From: a virus
Lineage: Duplodnaviria; Caudoviricetes
Virus record (IMG/VR): IMGVR_UViG_3300034071_001210
Span: 1-64,000 of that record
Reading direction: 5' to 3' (one strand)
DNA: 64,000 nucleotides
The position numbers and the translations under genes were made by a program. Below, in pieces: positions 58,498-64,000 of this stretch. The number at the start of each line of letters is the position of its first letter. Position 1 is the first letter of the stretch. Under the pieces are notes generated by a model. That model ran no database searches. It was not told the origin of the DNA and saw only the letters and a list, made by a program, of their open reading frames with translations.

Positions 58498-58544
58498 AAT
58501 GTTATTATATCATGGATTTATATTAAATCCAATAAATATAAGAG

Positions 58545-58552
58545 TATAAATA
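58545..58552 (+). promoter_or_regulatory. T4-type late promoter TATAAATA
   Basis: Upstream of ORF 58582. Confidence 0.7.
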
Positions 58553-58581
58553 TTGGAGAACAAGGAACACAAGGATAAATT

Positions 58582-59568
58582 ATGTCATTATCACCATATT
58601 TTGGAAGCACGTATGTTGTTATCGAAACAAGTGGAGTAACCTTTGCTGTTTCGGCTGATCCTGTATTAGTCAGTGGTATAACTAATTACACCCAAATTTA
58701 TAAAATGGCATATGGTCCTACTGGATCACTTACAGTAGTAGATACGGCTACCCCCCTTCCTGTCACGGTAGCTGGTGGTATGACTGCTACAATTTCTGGT
58801 TTCTCTGGAACAATCAATATTCAGGGTGTTGGATCAGGAACTCCAGTTCCAGTATCTGGTACTGTCAATGTTATGGGTCTTACCGCATCTCCTGTATATG
58901 TACAGACTACAACTGGTTGCAGAGTTGAAGTTACTGGTGGACGATATTTAAATAAACTTACAGACAATGTTTCTGTATTTGGTCCAAGTGGAAATACTTG
59001 GATTTATTCTAATATAGTCAATGCCAGTGGTGTTGCTATCGGAACTACTTCAAATCCGATGCAAGTAAGTTTTAGTGGTGTTACAATCACTGCAAACATT
59101 GCATCAACGATTGGTGTAACAAATGACTCTGCTGGTAATGGATTACGCATTCAAGGTATGTCCGGTGGTCTGAGTGTTGCAGTAACAGTAGGAAATACAG
59201 TTGGTATTAATGATACAGCCATTCTTGCTGGTATGACTAGTGTATATGGACAACTGGTTACTCTCAATGCACAAATATTAAGCATTGCTGGGAGTGTTCC
59301 TTCTAGTATTAAGTCAAGTAGAACAGCTCCAACTGCCGTTGTATCACAAATGGATCCAACTGGGTTTACATGCTCATATGGTATAAATCTTAAAGCTGCC
59401 GCAACTAATACAAATTTAGTTTATTTTGCAGGTAATACTGGAGTATCTTCAACAACATCATACGGATTAGATCCAGGTGAAGAAATATTTGTTAAAGTAA
59501 ATAATACTAATACAATTTGGACTGTTACTGGAAGTGGTACACAAGCACTATTTTATAATGCATCGTGA
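58582..59568 (+). CDS. Putative virion structural protein
   Basis: Thr/Ser/Gly/Val-rich with PLPV/PVPV repeats and a C-terminal 'GINLKA...N...VY......GLDPGEE' domain; late promoter upstream. Confidence 0.6.
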   Translation: MSLSPYFGSTYVVIETSGVTFAVSADPVLVSGITNYTQIYKMAYGPTGSLTVVDTATPLPVTVAGGMTATISGFSGTINIQGVGSGTPVPVSGTVNVMGLTASPVYVQTTTGCRVEVTGGRYLNKLTDNVSVFGPSGNTWIYSNIVNASGVAIGTTSNPMQVSFSGVTITANIASTIGVTNDSAGNGLRIQGMSGGLSVAVTVGNTVGINDTAILAGMTSVYGQLVTLNAQILSIAGSVPSSIKSSRTAPTAVVSQMDPTGFTCSYGINLKAAATNTNLVYFAGNTGVSSTTSYGLDPGEEIFVKVNNTNTIWTVTGSGTQALFYNAS

Positions 59569-59575
59569 ATAAAAA

Positions 59576-60859
59576 ATGGCAGAAACAGAATCAGCATATA
59601 CATTAAATAAAGTTAGAACTTTAAAAAATTATGGTTTGTACGTTACTGGATTAACCGTAGACCCTATTTTTACAAAAGGAATTTTAAATTCCAAACCAAA
59701 TATTTTAATAAGTGGTTCCACATGTACAATTGATTATTCGCATGTATATGATGTGTCTGATTCATTATATTTAAAAAGAACTTTTGGTGGATTTTCTGGT
59801 GCAGGAGAAACATTCTCTATATCAGCATCACAATATTTTGATGAATATAACAATGTTACTACAACGTTAAGTGGAACTTGTAGGTTATCAACTACTATTA
59901 ATGATAATCATATTATTATTGCTACTATTGTTTCCGGTCTTACTGCAACAACTGATTACAATTATTATGGAAAAGATAATTTTGTAGATAGTCCACAATA
60001 TACATTCACATCTACAGGAGGAACTATTGGGTATTTTTTAGTAAATTCTCTTCCAAATCTTTCTAAAATAACATTCAATAGTATGGGTATTCTTGGATCA
60101 GCATATGGTTTTGAAGAATATATTGAAATATCAGGTGGTACTTCAAATAATAGTGAACGTATTTTAATAAGTGGAACTACACAACTAAAAGACTCTACTG
60201 AACTATTATATTTTGCGTCAGGTGGAACCTTTCAAAATTTTTCAACTACTAATACTTCAGTTGATTTATATTTGCGTGGGTATCCATCTTTGATGACATT
60301 TCCACAACAGTCTAATGTAACCGGAATATATACGATAACTGATGCTTCAACTAAAGATTTAAGAAACTGTTATGAAAACCAAACTCTAAATCAAGCACAA
60401 TTAAGAAATTCAAAAATAGCAGCTGGATACTTATCTAGTTTTGTAAATTGTAAATCATGTTATGATTTGGTGTATGGAAGTGGTATATCAACTCCATTTA
60501 GTGTAATATCTCCCGCATTTAATAATTTAATTTATATTACAATAAGTTCACCAACATCAACTACAAATGTTGCTGCGTTAAATGTAAATGTTACAACTTC
60601 AGTATCATCAGTAACATTAACACAACCAAGTGGTAATACAACTTTAAAAATTGATTTAAGTCATCCATCTATATTAGGATATTCGTTAGAAACCTATAGT
60701 GATGCTGCTAGAGAAATTCCACTAGGATCATCTTATAAGAGTTATGGTGTTGCCGGATATAATGGAGCATATGCAATCATAGATTCATACGTTGTATCCA
60801 CACCAATATATTGTGTATTGAGTGGACTATCTACAATATACTTTAGTATAAAAACATAA
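59576..60859 (+). CDS. Putative virion structural protein
   Basis: 427 aa, Thr/Ser-rich with a CxxC; co-transcribed with ORF 58582. Confidence 0.55.
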   Translation: MAETESAYTLNKVRTLKNYGLYVTGLTVDPIFTKGILNSKPNILISGSTCTIDYSHVYDVSDSLYLKRTFGGFSGAGETFSISASQYFDEYNNVTTTLSGTCRLSTTINDNHIIIATIVSGLTATTDYNYYGKDNFVDSPQYTFTSTGGTIGYFLVNSLPNLSKITFNSMGILGSAYGFEEYIEISGGTSNNSERILISGTTQLKDSTELLYFASGGTFQNFSTTNTSVDLYLRGYPSLMTFPQQSNVTGIYTITDASTKDLRNCYENQTLNQAQLRNSKIAAGYLSSFVNCKSCYDLVYGSGISTPFSVISPAFNNLIYITISSPTSTTNVAALNVNVTTSVSSVTLTQPSGNTTLKIDLSHPSILGYSLETYSDAAREIPLGSSYKSYGVAGYNGAYAIIDSYVVSTPIYCVLSGLSTIYFSIKT

Positions 60860-60882
60860 GACCTCCAGTAATGGAGGTCTTA
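60857..60882. terminator. Stem-loop between convergent genes
   Basis: TAAGACCTCCA-GTAA-TGGAGGTCTTA, an 11-bp perfect stem. Confidence 0.75.
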
Positions 60883-60906
60883 GGTCTAACAAAAATTTTA
60901 CAAATT

Positions 60907-61143
60907 TTACCGACTACGTGAGCGAACAACTCGGTAGTGTGCACGACCCTTAACGGTCTCACGAACTACGGTGTACTTTAGGTCCATACGATCAAAAGCC
61001 TCGCGAAGATTGCTCATCGTTGCGCGCATATTTGCAACCTTAAAACGCTTACGGGCTTCACATGCATTCAGCGGAGTACCATTTCGCATATAATCAAACA
61101 CTCTCTGAATCTTTGTCGGACGGTCAACAGTAGTAATATCCAT
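60907..61143 (-). CDS. Small winged-helix DNA-binding protein
   Basis: TKIQRVFDYMRNG..L...EARKRF.V.N.RA.MS.LR followed by a beta-wing; strong promoter and AGAAAGGA RBS. Confidence 0.7.
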   Translation of the reverse strand: MDITTVDRPTKIQRVFDYMRNGTPLNACEARKRFKVANMRATMSNLREAFDRMDLKYTVVRETVKGRAHYRVVRSRSR

Positions 61144-61174
61144 AGAACTTTCCTTTCTTATAAGAAGTTACTAC

Positions 61175-61202
61175 ACTATACACTCTATATCTAACCTGTC
61201 AA
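61175..61202 (-). promoter_or_regulatory. Sigma70-type promoter TTGACA-N16-TATAGT
   Basis: Read directly; divergent from the late TATAAATA at 61211-61218 (+). Confidence 0.7.
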
Positions 61203-61239
61203 GTGATTATTATAAATAATAGTGACTGAGGAGGACTTT

Positions 61240-61839
61240 ATGGAACAGACGAGTCATCAGTTTATAAAATTTGTACGTAAACAACTTGCCCAATATGGTA
61301 TGAAACTTATTATTGGACGTGGTAAATGCGTTAATGTAGACGGTTTTCGCTGTTCTGGGTGCTTTGACGAGTCTGGAAAGGCTATTCGGATAGCCAGACA
61401 CTGTAATCAATTTTTACATGTGCTAGTTCATGAATATTGTCATTTTTTACAATACATCAATAGCAGTAAAGTCTATGAAAAGTCATATAAAGCATCAAAT
61501 ATTGTAGATGGATGGTTAAAAGGTAAAAATTATGCGGCTAAAGATGTTAAAAGGGCATTTTTTATCGTTCGTTCAATGGAAAGAGACTGTGAAAAACGAG
61601 CAGTTCGTTTAATAAATGAATTTAAATTAAAAATTGATACAAAAATGTATTCAAAACGGGCACACGTATACATCTATAGCCATTTCATGATGGAAAAATC
61701 ACGAAAGTTCTACTCCTTTAAACAAGATCCATATTATAGCAAATGCGTTTTACGCATTATGCCTTCTAACATGGCTGTTTTAAGTCATGTGTCTATTCCA
61801 ACAAAGGTCTATTCTGTTTTAGAATCTTTGATGAAATGA
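61240..61839 (+). CDS. Zincin-type metallopeptidase-like protein (HExxH)
   Basis: LVHEYCH motif plus a downstream E.DCE; ATG 61240 follows GAGGAGGA (track start 61222). Confidence 0.7.
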   Translation: MEQTSHQFIKFVRKQLAQYGMKLIIGRGKCVNVDGFRCSGCFDESGKAIRIARHCNQFLHVLVHEYCHFLQYINSSKVYEKSYKASNIVDGWLKGKNYAAKDVKRAFFIVRSMERDCEKRAVRLINEFKLKIDTKMYSKRAHVYIYSHFMMEKSRKFYSFKQDPYYSKCVLRIMPSNMAVLSHVSIPTKVYSVLESLMK

Positions 61840-62174
61840 CTCTGAGCATATTTTGCAACAAACTTAGTAAATGGTTGTTCACCATAAGGCCAGCGATCAA
61901 TAGGATCCATAAACCCATGTTGAATAAGATCATCAATGTGTTCATCCATCATTGATAGAGTTACATCATCTACATTCCATTTAAGGTCACCATCATAATC
62001 AATCGATGGTTCATCTGCAGCATTGTGTTCTGCAACAGCAAGATCGGATATCTTTGCAAGATTTCCAAGAATTTCTAATGATTTAGCACATTGATAAAAA
62101 AGATCCTTGTTGATAGGATCTTCTTCTTTGCGTGCTAGTTTTCGGACTTCGTAAACTAGTTCTGAAATTTTCAT
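61809..62174 (-). CDS. Hypothetical protein
   Basis: 121-aa ORF with AGGAG RBS. Confidence 0.6.
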   Translation of the reverse strand: MKISELVYEVRKLARKEEDPINKDLFYQCAKSLEILGNLAKISDLAVAEHNAADEPSIDYDGDLKWNVDDVTLSMMDEHIDDLIQHGFMDPIDRWPYGEQPFTKFVAKYAQSHFIKDSKTE

Positions 62175-62182
62175 ATTAACTC

Positions 62183-62545
62183 CTAGGACAAGGTTAGTAA
62201 GTACTTGGTTTGTTGTACCAAAGCAAGCATCTCATCCCTTATATTTAACAATGCAGTTTGATCCCCACCAAGTTCTTTTGGTACTTCTTCGGTTAAATAA
62301 TCTTCAAATGAACTCAACACCTGCATAGCAGTTGTTTTATATGGTCCGTTTAAAGTTAACTCATTAATATCTCTTAATTCATCCTTACCAAGCGTTCCCA
62401 TATAAGTCTCGGCAAAGGTATCAAGAAGAGCATCAATGCCTGTGTAGGCAGCTCCTAGTGCTATGTGTGCGGAATATGACTTAGTTCCCCAGTGATGAAG
62501 GCGTAATTCATTTTGAAAATTTAAGATTGTTTTAATGCATGACAT
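62183..62545 (-). CDS. Ferritin/Dps-like four-helix protein
   Basis: HW.T.SY..H.ALG..Y.......D.F.E...G and L.NIRDE.......KYLL motifs. Confidence 0.75.
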   Translation of the reverse strand: MSCIKTILNFQNELRLHHWGTKSYSAHIALGAAYTGIDALLDTFAETYMGTLGKDELRDINELTLNGPYKTTAMQVLSSFEDYLTEEVPKELGGDQTALLNIRDEMLALVQQTKYLLTLS

Positions 62546-62555
62546 AGTATACTAT

Positions 62556-63230
62556 TTATTCTTTCTGCTCTGTATTGATTTCTTCATCAGATTCTTTTTT
62601 CTTAAAAAGGTCACCAACAGATTGAATAATACCTTTAACAGAATCTAATGCATCTGCTGTATTAAATCCTTCACCAACCTCTTTAGTAAATTTCTTTAAA
62701 GGACATTCAAGATCCGGCATCCACAATTTGTGTGAAAGGGCTGCTCTTGGATTTTTTGCACTACAACCACAACTAGAACACCAACCAATAGATTCTGAAT
62801 CTGGTTTAAAATTGTTTCTTCTTGGACATCCCATACACAAGGCTTTTCTTTTTTCAAAAACTTCTTCAGATACTTTACCAGTTAATAACTGAGATCCTTC
62901 AACTTTTGAATATTGTGCTGCCTTAGATAAAAAACTTTGATCAACATTATTTGGTACAGGTACAGCTGTATAAAGATTTTGTTGAGGTATTAAACTTTGC
63001 ATATCTTTTATTACATTAGATTTATTGGCTGGTTCTGCAGTTTCAACTAATAGAGTTCTTACATCACATTTAGAACAATCACTTGCTGATACATGCTTAG
63101 ATTTTAAATTACAATATGGAACACATTTTCCAGCATTTTCTACAACCCATTGAGTACAATTAATTCTATAAAAAGCTTTAGATTTATTTGTTTCACAGTA
63201 AACAATTTGTTTTAAAGAAATATTTTGCAT
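62556..63230 (-). CDS. Cys-rich putative metal-binding protein
   Basis: N-terminal Cys cluster plus R...CMGC...CSSCGC...KL.....ECP. Confidence 0.6.
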   Translation of the reverse strand: MQNISLKQIVYCETNKSKAFYRINCTQWVVENAGKCVPYCNLKSKHVSASDCSKCDVRTLLVETAEPANKSNVIKDMQSLIPQQNLYTAVPVPNNVDQSFLSKAAQYSKVEGSQLLTGKVSEEVFEKRKALCMGCPRRNNFKPDSESIGWCSSCGCSAKNPRAALSHKLWMPDLECPLKKFTKEVGEGFNTADALDSVKGIIQSVGDLFKKKESDEEINTEQKE

Positions 63231-63233
63231 ATA

Positions 63234-64000
63234 TTAATATGGACCTTGTGCGTTTATTATAATATGATTTCTACCATATGTCAATCCACTTCTTGCTGAA
63301 TTTGGTTCATATGTTGTATCCCATGGACACAATTCTGTATCTCTGTTTATTTGATCAAATACAGCATCAAACTGTATATTATATTTTTCAAATTTAACAT
63401 GATAATTTGGATCCAGATTACTAACCTCTTTAAGTCGATCTATTGTAGTAGATAGTGAATTAATTGGTATATTTGCTTGAACACAATCTGCTACTGACCA
63501 TGCTACATCGCATCCGTTTGCAGTTGTGCTTCCCGTGATTCCATCTTTTGCACCACATCCCCATTCAAATTTTCCCATAATATCAGGTGGAATTTTATAA
63601 CCATCTACTGAACGTTGGTGACATAAATATTTTTTCCAATTAATCATCATATTTCTTGGAAAACCAAATCCAATACCACTTCCAGCACCTGCACAAAATT
63701 TACATGATCCATCGTCATTATAACAACCAGTTGGTGGATCGGGTGCTGGGCAAGAACACCTTGCAGCACATCCTAACTCGCCAAGACCAGTATACGCATT
63801 TACTTGTCCAAATGCTGTAAAATAAAATCTTTCAGAGTCCAATCCAAATCTATGTGGTATAGCGTCATTATCTGTACATGTAGCTTCATATACCCCCTGT
63901 GGAATTGCAGGAAAACAAGTATAATTGAAATCTGCTGCGCCATATCCGTTTATTCGTGATAAATTAGTATTACATCCATAACTTGGAAATAGTTTTGGAA
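63234..64000 (-). CDS. Cys-rich protein, 3' part (frame stays open to the window end)
   Basis: No stop codon in this frame upstream of the track start 63842 (...PKLFPSYGCNTNLSRINGYGAADFNYTCFPAIPQGVYEATCTDND...). Confidence 0.65.
   Translation of the reverse strand, partial: PKLFPSYGCNTNLSRINGYGAADFNYTCFPAIPQGVYEATCTDNDAIPHRFGLDSERFYFTAFGQVNAYTGLGELGCAARCSCPAPDPPTGCYNDDGSCKFCAGAGSGIGFGFPRNMMINWKKYLCHQRSVDGYKIPPDIMGKFEWGCGAKDGITGSTTANGCDVAWSVADCVQANIPINSLSTTIDRLKEVSNLDPNYHVKFEKYNIQFDAVFDQINRDTELCPWDTTYEPNSARSGLTYGRNHIIINAQGPY

Noticed and set aside
1-64000. tRNA or other structured RNA genes
   Set aside because: Intergenic gaps are short and accounted for by promoters and terminators; no cloverleaf was recognised by eye. 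A covariance-model scan was not run.

Overview
A 64-kb segment of a T4-like myovirus genome with cyanophage/pelagiphage-style gene order. There are no cellular housekeeping genes, and I saw no rRNA, tRNA or CRISPR array. Left to right: (1-12.6 kb) tail-fibre, collagen-like and other virion genes; (12.6-20.2 kb) a GT2-TPR glycosyltransferase followed by regA, gp62, gp44, gp45, gp46, gp47 and gp55; (20.2-31.9 kb) an AT-rich 16-gene sugar/glycan island containing a RuBisCO-like protein, RibB, a divergent transaldolase/FSA-family aldolase, a kinase, a HAD phosphatase, a nucleotidyltransferase, a cupin, a phosphodiesterase, a methyltransferase and about seven glycosyltransferase-like genes; (32-34.6 kb) an inverted uvsY-uvsW-ORF cassette; (34.6-57.3 kb) head, neck, tail and a compact baseplate module; (57.3-64 kb) gp32, gp33, virion and accessory genes. 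The main candidates for new biology are: (i) a phage RuBisCO-like-protein pathway that probably makes an unusual activated sugar for virion or host-surface glycosylation; (ii) a probable -1 ribosomal frameshift fusing gp26 to a gp51-like frame that has no start codon; (iii) G-x-[T/S/C]-G motifs across virion proteins that may be O-/S-glycosylation sites; (iv) a promoter set with 16-nt spacers and repeated leaderless starts. All family assignments are by eye from motifs and synteny; no searches were run.
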